NCBI GenBank assembly: GCA_031285575.1
Contig: JAITVX010000160.1
Coordinates: 1-27,907, forward strand
Source: Bacteroidales bacterium
GTDB taxonomy: Bacteria; Bacteroidota; Bacteroidia; Bacteroidales; VadinHA17
DNA length: 27,907 bases
Direction: 5' to 3'
The notes below the pieces were generated by a model. The model saw only the letters and a list, made by a program, of their open reading frames with translations, did not search any database and had not been told where the DNA came from. The position numbers and the translations under genes were made by a program. Below, in pieces: positions 1-9,513 of the stretch. Each line of letters opens with the position of its first letter. The stretch's first letter is position 1.

Positions 1-1420
1 ATTATTTGTAAGCGTTCCGGTTATCGTCGCTGCATTGCTTCCGCTGGCGCCGCCTTCCAGAACATCTCCGGTTGGAACAGTAGGCGCACTCCACGTGTAG
101 GTTGTGTTGACCGGAATAATATTGTTGTTCGTGCCGCCATTGGCAGGCTCTAATTTAAATTCTTTTCCGCTGCAAACATTAATAGGCTCTGCCTTGACAA
201 ACGGCTTCGGGTTAACGGTAACAACAATGTCGAACGTTTCGCCTGTGCAGTTGCCACTGCGCGGCGTTACTGTATATGTTGCTTTCTGCGGAATATTTGT
301 TGTGTTGGTAAGCGTACCTGTTATTTGCGTTAAGTTATTACCGGTGCCGGCCTGCCCGCCAGTAAGAGCGCCAGAATTTTCTAAAACAGGCTCGCTCCAC
401 GTATAGCGTGTGCTTGTTGGAACAATACCGTCGGTGCCGTTTACAGGCTTCACCGCCGTAAACGCTACCCCGCTGCATGTTTCACGTTCAAAATTACCAA
501 TATCAGGCTTCGGATTAACCACTACCCAGATATGAAATGGTGTTCCCGAACAGTCGCCTGATTTTGGAGTAACAACATATCTTACGGTTACGTTTGCATT
601 AGTTCTGTTTGTAAGGGTATTAGAAATTGACGTAACCGGATTGTTCTGTGGACTTTCACCGTCCACATTGCTCCATTGGGAACTAGAATAAAGTGTCCAT
701 GTATAGGTTGTATTTGAGGGAACAATTCCGTCAGTGCCATCGACAGGAACTACAGTAAATGTTTCGCCGCTACAAATAGTTTTGTCTATACGCTGAATTG
801 ACGGCGTGGGGTTAATTTTAACCGTAAAATCAAACGACGTTCCCTCGCATTCTATTGTGCCCAGCGCCGTGGTTGTTTTGGTTGTCGGGGTAACTGTGTA
901 TATTACTTCCTTAACCTCGGAAGTATTGTTTTTGGGAGCAACAGATATCGAATTTCCAGCGCCGCTGTTGCCGGCTTCGAAGTCCGATACTCCTGTAACA
1001 TCAGCTTTTGGCACCCACGAATAGGTTGTATTTGGAGGAACTCGGTCGGCGTCGCTGTGCACCGGGGTTTTGCTGGCTGTTTCGCCGGAGCATATTTCAG
1101 CGTCTTTAGCTTTGATGTCTGCATTTGGTGCAACCGTAACACGAAGCGTAAATGGGTCTCCCTCACATGCAGCAAGACCGTCGGGACGAACAATGGTTGG
1201 GGTAATTTGATATATTACAGTTACCGGCTGGGTTGTGATATTATTCAGTGTTTCCTGTATAGAGCCGGATTGTCCGGCTCCCAGCCCATTATTTATACCG
1301 GTAACCACAGACCTGCTCCATTTGAAATTATAGCGGTAAGTACCGGCTGGCAGTGTCCGTCCCTGGCCCTGTTTTTCGCCTGTTGCGTTATAGATGAACA
1401 GTTTGCCGGAGCAGGCTAAA
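1..1420 (-). repeat. At least 5 tandem ~100-aa (~300-bp) PKD-like domain repeats inside the surface protein
   Basis: Recurring CSG motifs near 1405, 1090, 770, 475 and 170. DNA-level similarity of 401-447 to 701-747 (exact 300-bp offset). Each repeat carries a Cys pair. Confidence 0.85.
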
Positions 1421-3312
1421 TCTGTAGCAGGGCTGTTAACCGTTGGAAAAGGATATACAGTAACGGTAACTGTACGCTCCTGCGAAGGGCAGTTTGGCGC
1501 TGTGGTATATTCGCGGAAAACCTTTACTGTGTGTTCGCCGTCAACAGTTCCTGCGGTAACGTTTATTGAGCGTGTACCCTGCCCGCTGTTTATTTTCCAG
1601 CCGGCGGGCACTTCCCATCTATATTGCGTAGGCCCGCCAAATGGCATGTCGGCCGGAGCAGCGGCAACAGAAAATGTGGCGTTAGCTCCGTTGCAAATAT
1701 ATGCAGGATTGGCTGTTATTATGCCGGGGCGCGGAAGCGTTTCCCTTACGGTAAGCGTTACCTTGGTAGCCTCGCTGATACATTTGAGGCCGTCAACACT
1801 CTGGTCGGTTACATAATATGTATATGTGCCGGGGGCGGTTACGTTAGGAGTATATGCAGTGCCTGTAGCAACAACGGATGAAGCAGTAAGGTTTGCGTCG
1901 GAATACCATGTAAGCGTTCCTGCCGGAGCACTTGTAACGGTAAGTGTTCTTGCATCGGGGCTGGCAGGCGGCGTTGTTATATCTTCAAGGCATATTGTGC
2001 GACTTGACACAGTGGGCGCCGCAGGAGCGTCAACAACCAGAATCTGGATACGCTCGGAAACATATTTATCGTCTGCCCGGTTACAGTCATTCCAGTATTT
2101 AAGGTAAACCCAGAAATAATCGCCAGCCTCTGCTGTTTCAGGTATTGTAATTGCATCGCTCGCAGTTCCGGCGCTCTGTATGCCATTTATTCTTTGGCCA
2201 TACCGCCCGGCTGTTGCAGTTGCATTGCCCAGGCTGCCAACGGCAACAGCGCCATGTATTGTATTTTGAATGGCTCCGGTTGCATTCCACGCTCCACGAG
2301 CAGGCTCCACTCCATAAAACCACTGTATATCCCTTCTTGAGCTATTTGGCTTGCCCAACACAGGCGCCAGACAGTTCCAGATACTGTTGTCGAGCAGTGT
2401 TACTACAGATTCCTTGCCTTCGCACACCTCAATAACGCCTGCATCATTTACCTCCCACGGAGCGGCAGGCGCAATTACAACATCGCCGTCGCCGTAATCC
2501 AAATCTTCCGGCCCATGCAGCTCAACATTAATAAAAGTCGTGAACGACATACCGCAACGATTTGTTATAGTAATACGGGCTTCTACAGCACACAGCCCTT
2601 CTAAGTATGCGTAAGTATGCAGCCACGGTGAACCTTCGTCTGGCGGAGGCGGAACTTCATTATCAACACTCGACGTAAATGTGGTTTTAGTCCCATCTCC
2701 CCAGTCCATTTCCCATACTGTACCTTCGTAAATCCCGGTATAATTTGGATCGGTCCGTAACTGTCCGGTCTGCGCCTGGGCTGAAAAATAAGCAGTTGCT
2801 CCCACATTTACACACTTTCCGCCTTGATTAAAATTATACCACACATCTGGCTGCGGGCATGTGTTTGTGGTAAAATAAGCCGCTTCAGGATTATAAGCAT
2901 GGTTGTTGCCGCTTTCACCTTCTGCAACAAAAAAAACTGTATATTCCTGGCTGGCAATAAAATTCCCAAGCGTTATTACGTGGCTTTGTGCTCCATTATC
3001 AGTAACATCCAGCACAACCCCTTCATAGGTGCCGGCGTTAATACGGTTTTTTATCTGGTTTGAATTCCATTGATTAGCCGGAAAATTGCCCGGCAAAATC
3101 GCCACATATACCTTCCCTGCTGTTCCGAAATTATCGACAGCATAATTTAAAGTAATATTTAAACCGCCATTCACATTAGTTACTGTCGGCGCCACACTCC
3201 ACACAGGCGTTTGCGCCAGCGCAGCAGCAGCCGTTAAAAAAAACAGCGAAAACAGCGCAATAAACCTTCCTGCCTTCGCACGAAACATCTCTTTTATATT
3301 CAATATGCTCAT
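1..3312 (-). CDS. Large secreted surface/adhesin-like protein with PKD, Ig-like (CHU_C-associated type) and tandem PKD-like repeats; 3' end outside the window
   Basis: Manually translated minus-strand frame from ATG 3312 (alternative ATG 3288). I read 3312 to about 2300 and 2100 to 1 with no stop and in one consistent frame. Signal peptide MFRAKAGRFIALFSLFFLTAAAALA|Q; PKD motif WEMDWGDG; Ig-like LTWYSDA...GTYTYYVT; YRWEVPAGWKINSGQGTRSI; then repeats of C-S-G...TYTW...ITGTLTN...YTVTP...C.G..F...V.VNP.P. The ORF track omits it because the stop lies outside the window. Confidence 0.9.
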   Translation of the reverse strand, partial: MSILNIKEMFRAKAGRFIALFSLFFLTAAAALAQTPVWSVAPTVTNVNGGLNITLNYAVDNFGTAGKVYVAILPGNFPANQWNSNQIKNRINAGTYEGVVLDVTDNGAQSHVITLGNFIASQEYTVFFVAEGESGNNHAYNPEAAYFTTNTCPQPDVWYNFNQGGKCVNVGATAYFSAQAQTGQLRTDPNYTGIYEGTVWEMDWGDGTKTTFTSSVDNEVPPPPDEGSPWLHTYAYLEGLCAVEARITITNRCGMSFTTFINVELHGPEDLDYGDGDVVIAPAAPWEVNDAGVIEVCEGKESVVTLLDNSIWNCLAPVLGKPNSSRRDIQWFYGVEPARGAWNATGAIQNTIHGAVAVGSLGNATATAGRYGQRINGIQSAGTASDAITIPETAEAGDYFWVYLKYWNDCNRADDKYVSERIQILVVDAPAAPTVSSRTICLEDITTPPASPDARTLTVTSAPAGTLTWYSDANLTASSVVATGTAYTPNVTAPGTYTYYVTDQSVDGLKCISEATKVTLTVRETLPRPGIITANPAYICNGANATFSVAAAPADMPFGGPTQYRWEVPAGWKINSGQGTRSINVTAGTVDGEHTVKVFREYTTAPNCPSQERTVTVTVYPFPTVNSPATDLACSGKLFIYNATGEKQGQGRTLPAGTYRYNFKWSRSVVTGINNGLGAGQSGSIQETLNNITTQPVTVIYQITPTIVRPDGLAACEGDPFTLRVTVAPNADIKAKDAEICSGETASKTPVHSDADRVPPNTTYSWVPKADVTGVSDFEAGNSGAGNSISVAPKNNTSEVKEVIYTVTPTTKTTTALGTIECEGTSFDFTVKINPTPSIQRIDKTICSGETFTVVPVDGTDGIVPSNTTYTWTLYSSSQWSNVDGESPQNNPVTSISNTLTNRTNANVTVRYVVTPKSGDCSGTPFHIWVVVNPKPDIGNFERETCSGVAFTAVKPVNGTDGIVPTSTRYTWSEPVLENSGALTGGQAGTGNNLTQITGTLTNTTNIPQKATYTVTPRSGNCTGETFDIVVTVNPKPFVKAEPINVCSGKEFKLEPANGGTNNNIIPVNTTYTWSAPTVPTGDVLEGGASGSNAATITGTLTNN

Positions 3313-3461
3313 ACTCGATAATATTATAAATAATAAACAGTCAGCACATGCAATTAACACTTACCGCATACAACCATGCACCAATTAACTTAATGACAAC
3401 GGCGCTGAAAGAAAGGTTGCATTAAAAAATCCCTGTTCATTACAATCGCCGTCATTGGTCA

Positions 3462-3493
3462 TGTGATATTTTATGTAAAAATGATTAATTTTG
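3462..3493 (+). promoter_or_regulatory. Putative Bacteroidota sigma-A promoter for the Rpn gene
   Basis: TGTG (3462-3465), 20-nt spacer, TAATTTTG (3486-3493, matches TAnnTTTG), 25 nt upstream of ATG 3519. Confidence 0.6.
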
Positions 3494-3518
3494 CCATGTA
3501 TAACAAAATCATACTGCT

Positions 3519-4394
3519 ATGGTACATTATCTCGACCCCAAAAATGATTTAACTTTCAAGCGTGTTTTCGGCGAACACAAGCACCTATGTATGAGTTTAA
3601 TCAACAGTATGCTTACGCTCGATGCACCGATTGTAAGCCTCGAGTATCAAACAGGCGAACTGATACCCGAAATTTCCGACCTGCGCAACTCCATTGTTGA
3701 CGTGCGCTGTACCGACGAAAACGGACGGCAGTTTATTGTAGAGATGCAGATGCACTGGTCGGAGAGTTTCAAGAGCCGTGTGCTGCTAAACGCATCAAAA
3801 GCATACGTGAGGCAACTTGACAGAGCAAAAGATTTCGTGCTTCTGCAACCTGTGTATGCCATCAATTTCGTAAACGACACGTTCGACAGGTCACCCGGAA
3901 TGGAAAACGAATACTATCACTACTACAAAATTGTAAACATCAGAGACACCGAAAAACAAATAAAAGGTTTGGAGTTTCTTTTTGTCGAACTGCCCAAATT
4001 CAAGCCACTGAATCGCGCCGAAAAAAAACTGCATGAACTGTGGCTTCGTTTCCTAACCGAAATAAACGAAAGTACGGAGGGGGTTCCACAGGCATTGATA
4101 GACAACGAACTTACGTGCGAAGCAATAAGTTACATGGAGCGTGCGGCCTACACAAAAGAACAGCTTGACGCCTACGACCAGAGGAAGATTGACGCCATGA
4201 CCGAACGCGGCATCATTATCGACGCACAGAATAAGGGAATAACCGAAGGAAGAATTAGAGGAGCAGCCGAAGGAAAAATAGAAGGAAAAATAGAAGTTGC
4301 GTTGAATATGTTGAATTATGGCATGTCTGTTGACGATGTGAGTAAGATGACAGGCTTATCAATACAACAGACAGAAGAACTTAAAAAGGGGTAA
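3519..4394 (+). CDS. Rpn family recombination-promoting nuclease / PD-(D/E)XK putative transposase
   Basis: N-terminal LDPKNDLTFKRVFG, catalytic IVDVRC...IVEMQ, FVELPKF, and C-terminal EG..EG repeats followed by an 'IAKMTGLS'-like HTH tail. Confidence 0.92.
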   Translation: MVHYLDPKNDLTFKRVFGEHKHLCMSLINSMLTLDAPIVSLEYQTGELIPEISDLRNSIVDVRCTDENGRQFIVEMQMHWSESFKSRVLLNASKAYVRQLDRAKDFVLLQPVYAINFVNDTFDRSPGMENEYYHYYKIVNIRDTEKQIKGLEFLFVELPKFKPLNRAEKKLHELWLRFLTEINESTEGVPQALIDNELTCEAISYMERAAYTKEQLDAYDQRKIDAMTERGIIIDAQNKGITEGRIRGAAEGKIEGKIEVALNMLNYGMSVDDVSKMTGLSIQQTEELKKG

Positions 4395-5216
4395 TCGTCC
4401 CTGTAAATACCTGCGGTATGAAACAATAACATATTTAACAGGGTTTTTCACCTTCTGCATAATCATTTCGGTTATCCACTCGAAAATATTATCGTTCCAC
4501 CGTTGCGGATGGGTATTTATTATCACCGCATGTGGCAAGGTACCGCCTTTTACCGCGCGAATTATGTCATCCGTACCTTTAAATGTGAAACAGTCGCTTA
4601 ACGGCTTGCCCGATGTAAGCCCGATACCGGGCGTTACCCTGTCGCGCACGTTTACTTTTTTATTGTCCCATTTCCGTCCTGTGTCGGTAAGGTACAAAAC
4701 CGAAGAATAGTCAATATCATAATAGGGTTCGCATACTATGCCTTCGCCGTTATAGCTGAAGGCCTGCCACAAGCTTCTGTTATCGGTCAGCGAAGCGGGG
4801 TCGCCATGCATGGAGGCTACGCGCACAGGGTAATATTGCCTTAAAAAAGCCAGGTTACTGCGAAAGGCCGTCCATGCGTTTTTTAAGATACTCTCATTAA
4901 GCCGCCCCTTTCTCGATATTCTGCTAAGGTCTTCATAATGATAGGCGACTTCATGACCAAGCTCTCCTGTTTTTACCAGCATATCCGGGTCTTTCCTCGC
5001 CTCATCGGCTCTGAAATGGTAGCTTGCCCTGATATCCATCGACGCTTCAATCTGTGCAAACCGCATGGCGTTGGCCGGGCGCCTGTCAACATCATGACGC
5101 AGTATTACAGTTTTTTCAGAACGATTATTCATAAATTCTTCAAACGTTTGAAAAGAATATCCGGCACCTTCGAGAGCCTCCAGAAGGGAAATGTATTTAG
5201 CGCAACTGAAATCCAT
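4359..5216 (-). CDS. Polysaccharide deacetylase-like (NodB-fold) protein, last gene of the polysaccharide locus
   Basis: ILRHDVD motif, GHEVAYHYE, SMHG and YLTDTGRKW motifs. Overlaps wecB by 20 bp. Confidence 0.7.
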   Translation of the reverse strand: MDFSCAKYISLLEALEGAGYSFQTFEEFMNNRSEKTVILRHDVDRRPANAMRFAQIEASMDIRASYHFRADEARKDPDMLVKTGELGHEVAYHYEDLSRISRKGRLNESILKNAWTAFRSNLAFLRQYYPVRVASMHGDPASLTDNRSLWQAFSYNGEGIVCEPYYDIDYSSVLYLTDTGRKWDNKKVNVRDRVTPGIGLTSGKPLSDCFTFKGTDDIIRAVKGGTLPHAVIINTHPQRWNDNIFEWITEMIMQKVKNPVKYVIVSYRRYLQGRLPLFKFFCLLY

Positions 5217-6300
5217 ATCTTTCCGACAGTATTCCGACTATTCTCTCCGCCGTCCGGCCATCCCACAGTTCGGGTATGTGTCCCTGCTTTTTATTTCCGG
5301 ATATTATATCGAAAGCGGCCTTTTTATTTTTTTCAACGTCTGTACCAATCAGTTGATTTGTTCCGATGTCAACCGTTGCCATGCTTTCTGTATTATCTCT
5401 CGCGGTAATACACTGTACCTGTAAAAAAGTAGCCTCGGCCTGTATCCCCCCGCTGTCGGTAATAATCAGTTCGGCATTCTTCACAAGATGTAAAAAATCG
5501 AGGTATCCCAATGGTTCCGTAAATATTAAATTGCTATTTGCATGCATACCACCCCCTGTTCTTTCAAGTGTTTGCCGCGTTCGGGGATGAACAGGAAAAA
5601 CCACAGGTAATTTTTCCGACAACTCATTCAGCAAACCTGTAAGCGATTTCAGTCTGTCGGCCGAATCGACATTGGAAGGCCGGTGGAAGGTGCAAAGGCA
5701 ATACTTTTTACCAGCAATACCCAGATGCGATATTATTTCCGATTTTTCTATATCAGGCAAATGCTCAACAAGACTGTCTATCATAATATTCCCGACAAAA
5801 AATATCTTATCTTCGCTTATGCCCTCTTTTCGCAGATTCTCAATACCGCTTTTCTCGCTCACAAACAGATAATCGGAAAGAACATCTGTTACCATGCGGT
5901 TTATTTCTTCAGGCATTGTACGGTCGTTGCTTCGCAGCCCCGATTCAATGTGTGCAATCGGTATCCCGGCTTTTGAAGCCACAAGAGCAGCCGACATTGT
6001 TGAATTAACATCGCCCAAAACCACTACCAAATCGGGCTTCAGCTCCGTAACAACCTTCTCAAATCCGGTTATTATGCCCGCAGTTTGTATGGCATGCGAG
6101 CCACCGCCAACGCCAAGCCAGAAATCGGGACGCGGCATCTTCAATTCGTCGAAGAACACCTTCGACATTTTATCGTCAAAGTGCTGCCCGGTGTGGCACA
6201 TATAGTTTTTAACACCCGAATATTTTAAAAACTCCCTGTGCAGCGGCGCAATTTTAATAAAATTAGGCCTCGCTCCTACTACGCTCAATACCTTTATCAT
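5197..6300 (-). CDS. wecB: Non-hydrolysing UDP-N-acetylglucosamine 2-epimerase (WecB/WbpI-like)
   Basis: VVGARPNFIK, HTGQH, GDVNST, HIESGLRS..RTMPEEINR, FPVHPRT, ITDSGGIQ.E motifs. Confidence 0.92.
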   Translation of the reverse strand: MIKVLSVVGARPNFIKIAPLHREFLKYSGVKNYMCHTGQHFDDKMSKVFFDELKMPRPDFWLGVGGGSHAIQTAGIITGFEKVVTELKPDLVVVLGDVNSTMSAALVASKAGIPIAHIESGLRSNDRTMPEEINRMVTDVLSDYLFVSEKSGIENLRKEGISEDKIFFVGNIMIDSLVEHLPDIEKSEIISHLGIAGKKYCLCTFHRPSNVDSADRLKSLTGLLNELSEKLPVVFPVHPRTRQTLERTGGGMHANSNLIFTEPLGYLDFLHLVKNAELIITDSGGIQAEATFLQVQCITARDNTESMATVDIGTNQLIGTDVEKNKKAAFDIISGNKKQGHIPELWDGRTAERIVGILSERYGFQLR

Positions 6301-6326
6301 ATTTCAATAAATAACTTCAACTATTA

Positions 6327-7418
6327 TTACCTGAACCTGAACTGATAATCGAGATTATTGAGCATAGTTCTTTTACTTTCAGGATAATTTTCAACAAACC
6401 ACACCATAAATGCTGTAACGTCAATTTTGTCGGCCAGCATTTTATCTCTTTTCATGCTCCACTCTTTTGCCGTGTCCGGATTATTAACAATTTCTTTTAT
6501 CTTTGCCATCATATTTTCAAACCTGTTTGGCTTAAAAGAATACATCAATTCATATTTGTGCTCCTGCTCTTCAAAAGTTGCAATACGCCCCGCCATAGAA
6601 ATACAGCAGAATGCAGGAACGCCCAGCACTGCCGCTTCCGACGTCATAGTCCCGCTGTCTCCCACAAATAATTTCGCATAACTCATCAGGGAGTGAATTT
6701 TATGCGGCGGTATTTTAAGCTGATACTGCCGCAGTTCAGGCTCAATATCCTTCTCGGTGGTAATAAAAACCCTTCCGAAACCCGACAGATACTCCGCCAG
6801 ACATATTTTATTATCCAGCGACACTCCCCTTTCGCCAACATCATGATGCGCCTCAAATGCATTAAATCTCATAATAAAAAATGTTTCGCCATGCTCAAGT
6901 CCGGCTTCCTGCAAAACAGAAATATCCGGAGTAAATCTTTTTGGATGCAGATACGCCAACTCATGATACCCTGCATAAAATACAGTATCCTTTTTCTTCC
7001 TGTTTCCTTTCAGCATATCAGGCGACAGCAGGCAGTTTGCAAAAGGATGCCCAAAATGTGTCATTAATGGCTGACGGCTATCATCGTCGTCGTCAAAAAT
7101 AATCGACTTCATTGGCGACAGCATCGATGCATGACAGTTTGTAATCGATGTACCAAGGCCTATATCAATCTTCTCACCGTATGCCATTGCCAGCATCTGC
7201 GTATCAAACTTCAACTGTTTAATTCCTTTGCCTATTATCGAACCACCGCGCCTGCCCGTCTCAATGAAAGGCATGTCATATAAATTTAACAACTTCTTTG
7301 CAATCGGAATATCTTTTACCGTTACAAGTATTTCATGTCCACGACCTGCCATTTCCATATAAAAATTCCGATAAAGATGCACATGCGCCGGATGTCCTAT
7401 GTCTATCAAAATTTTCAT
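6327..7418 (-). CDS. DUF354 family protein (GT-B-like fold)
   Basis: MKILIDIGHPAHVHLY, GYHELAYLHP.RF.PD, GDSGTMTSEAAVLGVP signatures. Confidence 0.85.
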   Translation of the reverse strand: MKILIDIGHPAHVHLYRNFYMEMAGRGHEILVTVKDIPIAKKLLNLYDMPFIETGRRGGSIIGKGIKQLKFDTQMLAMAYGEKIDIGLGTSITNCHASMLSPMKSIIFDDDDDSRQPLMTHFGHPFANCLLSPDMLKGNRKKKDTVFYAGYHELAYLHPKRFTPDISVLQEAGLEHGETFFIMRFNAFEAHHDVGERGVSLDNKICLAEYLSGFGRVFITTEKDIEPELRQYQLKIPPHKIHSLMSYAKLFVGDSGTMTSEAAVLGVPAFCCISMAGRIATFEEQEHKYELMYSFKPNRFENMMAKIKEIVNNPDTAKEWSMKRDKMLADKIDVTAFMVWFVENYPESKRTMLNNLDYQFRFR

Positions 7419-8440
7419 CGCTTCCTCAGAATTATTTTTCTCATCTTATATCCGAACATGATTATTGAATAAAGTGTCTTTTTATGCACGCATAAATATC
7501 TTCCTATATTTACAGTTTCCCCCCCGAACTTCTTCTTATAGTCCCTAACCCCGTAAGGTTTACCTGGCTTCCCTGCACCGCCAAAATCAAACATACTGTA
7601 TCCATTGTCAATACCCCATAAAAAAATCTTCCACGAAAGAACGTCAGTAGGGCGCTTGTCATTGTCATCACCAACAGACGCTACATACCAATTATACATC
7701 TTCTCTTTGAAACAAAGAATCGCATAAAACCCAATCAATTTTGAATCAATTTCTGCCACAAAAAGCCTTAACATTCCGTTTATTCCCAATATTTCAGCCG
7801 CATATTTAAAATATTCCGGCGAAGGTAATGGAACACCAAGCTGTTTATACCTCGCCTTCAGTATAGCATAACACGCATCAATAACATCATGCCTTCCAAT
7901 GTCAACCGCCGAAACACTGACACCAAGTTTTAAGCCGCGCGTTATCGTTCTTCGCCGCGTAGAATGTACTTCCGACCAAAGTACATCTCTTCCTTTCGAC
8001 AGGTAGATATGTATATCGAGGTGGTCTTCAAATGCGTATCCATTTGAACTGAATGCAGCGCCAAGCAGCGACATGTCTTTCAGATTCCTGAACTGGCTGT
8101 ACAGCGTCTTTTTCCGCACAACATAGTTATATTCTGCGAGCAACAGCGAAGCCACGTTGCAGTCGTTATCCATCACCAGAGGCCCGCCAAAAACGACCGA
8201 CCGCGCCGTAAGCCACCCGACAAACCCTGAATCCTCGCGCTGAATAACAGAAACAAGAACTCCGCAAATCATACCGCCATTAACGCAAAACAACGCTACA
8301 CCCGAATATTCAGGAATACTGTTGCACAAATCAAAATACTCGGGAGTATGAAAAATATTGCCATCATCGTGGTTAAGCACAAACTCACGCCATGCATCCC
8401 TGTCAATTTTATCAGGCTCTTTAATAACAGTAAAATCCAA
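7415..8440 (-). CDS. GNAT/FemAB-like acyl- or aminoacyl-transferase
   Basis: TTG start (in-frame TAA two codons upstream); NIFHTPEY, RRRTITRGLK, FDFGGAGKPGKPYGVRDYKKKFGG. 4-bp ATGA overlap with DUF354. Confidence 0.8.
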   Translation of the reverse strand: MDFTVIKEPDKIDRDAWREFVLNHDDGNIFHTPEYFDLCNSIPEYSGVALFCVNGGMICGVLVSVIQREDSGFVGWLTARSVVFGGPLVMDNDCNVASLLLAEYNYVVRKKTLYSQFRNLKDMSLLGAAFSSNGYAFEDHLDIHIYLSKGRDVLWSEVHSTRRRTITRGLKLGVSVSAVDIGRHDVIDACYAILKARYKQLGVPLPSPEYFKYAAEILGINGMLRLFVAEIDSKLIGFYAILCFKEKMYNWYVASVGDDNDKRPTDVLSWKIFLWGIDNGYSMFDFGGAGKPGKPYGVRDYKKKFGGETVNIGRYLCVHKKTLYSIIMFGYKMRKIILRKR

Positions 8441-8553
8441 AACTGATTATTATAAAATTTATTAATATCTACATATCTGTAAAACGAAATCCCGTTTCTC
8501 GCAGAGAGGTTAACTATGACGGCGTGCTTCGAGTTTCGACATACACAATTAAT

Positions 8554-9498
8554 TCATACATCTTTGCAGGCAATAATAACCTTTGCGTACTCTTCTTTTA
8601 TCTTTTGCGCAACAGAGCGCGAATCGAGGCCAAGCTGAAATATTTTTCTGCGCCCGTCGGAGCGTTCATTCCGGGCAATTACCTCGCAAATACAGCGCGA
8701 AACATCCTCCGCACTGTTGATGCAAATCATCGAATTACAAACTCCGGCTATCAGCTTCCTGACGTCGCCAACATCAGTCGAAACAACAGGCAGATTGCAG
8801 GCCATAGCCTCTTTTACCACATTAGGCGAGCCTTCCCACAGCGACGTGAGCAGTAAAATGTGTGCAGAGTTGTAGTAAAGCGGCAGCATGGCGGTTTCAA
8901 TGCTGTTTAAAACTGTCAGTTCAATATCGGGATTGTTTTTTTGAGCCAGCTCGACGGCTGCTTTGGCAAGCGGGTAGTTTTTTTCAGGCCGCGAATGATT
9001 GCTTGCAAAAAGTATGTTTATTTTTCCTTGATTAAGGCCTGTTTTTTCGATACATTCTTCCCTGCTTGCCGGCTTAAACAGTTCCGTATCTACTCCGTTC
9101 GGTATAACAATGGGTCGTCGCAGGTTAAGTCGCCGTCTCATTTCAGCAGATTTCACAATAGTTAGTTCAGAAAGCATCGAAACCTTCCTTGTACAAAACC
9201 GCAGAAGCCATTTTTTCATTGCGTCGCTTCCCATAAGCGAAATTACAAGAGGCCGTGCACCTGCAAGAAATGCAAGAAACGCCGAAAATGAATAGTGTGC
9301 GTGAACAACATCTGGTTTAAAGGTTTTTATTTTCCTTCTTAGCGGGGCAATCGACCTAAAATAACTCATTACTCCCCTACCCTTTACGCAGAAATATTCA
9401 ATGGTTATTCCGAGCCGTTCAATTGACGTTCCCTGGTTCCTTACTACCGCTCCGGGGGCGCCCGTTGTACCTCCGGAGCATACAAAAAGCACTTTCAT
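8554..9498 (-). CDS. Glycosyltransferase family 4
   Basis: PDVVHAHY, VIPNGVD...F.P, EGSPNVVKEAMACNLPVVSTDVGD (canonical EX7E). Confidence 0.9.
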   Translation of the reverse strand: MKVLFVCSGGTTGAPGAVVRNQGTSIERLGITIEYFCVKGRGVMSYFRSIAPLRRKIKTFKPDVVHAHYSFSAFLAFLAGARPLVISLMGSDAMKKWLLRFCTRKVSMLSELTIVKSAEMRRRLNLRRPIVIPNGVDTELFKPASREECIEKTGLNQGKINILFASNHSRPEKNYPLAKAAVELAQKNNPDIELTVLNSIETAMLPLYYNSAHILLLTSLWEGSPNVVKEAMACNLPVVSTDVGDVRKLIAGVCNSMICINSAEDVSRCICEVIARNERSDGRRKIFQLGLDSRSVAQKIKEEYAKVIIACKDV

Positions 9499-9513
9499 TT
9501 GGTTATATTTTTT

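Noticed and set aside
104-3063. Numerous short plus- and minus-strand ORFs in the track
   Set aside because: They are shadow frames of the long minus-strand surface-protein gene and show no independent motifs.
3392-3456. Imperfect inverted repeat AATGAC(AAC)GGCG...CGCCGTCATT between the adhesin and Rpn genes
   Set aside because: It is short, gapped and has a long loop; it cannot be distinguished from chance or a very decayed REP.
3519-4394. Rpn gene as an insertion sequence
   Set aside because: No terminal inverted repeats or target duplication seen, and the family is not shown to transpose autonomously.
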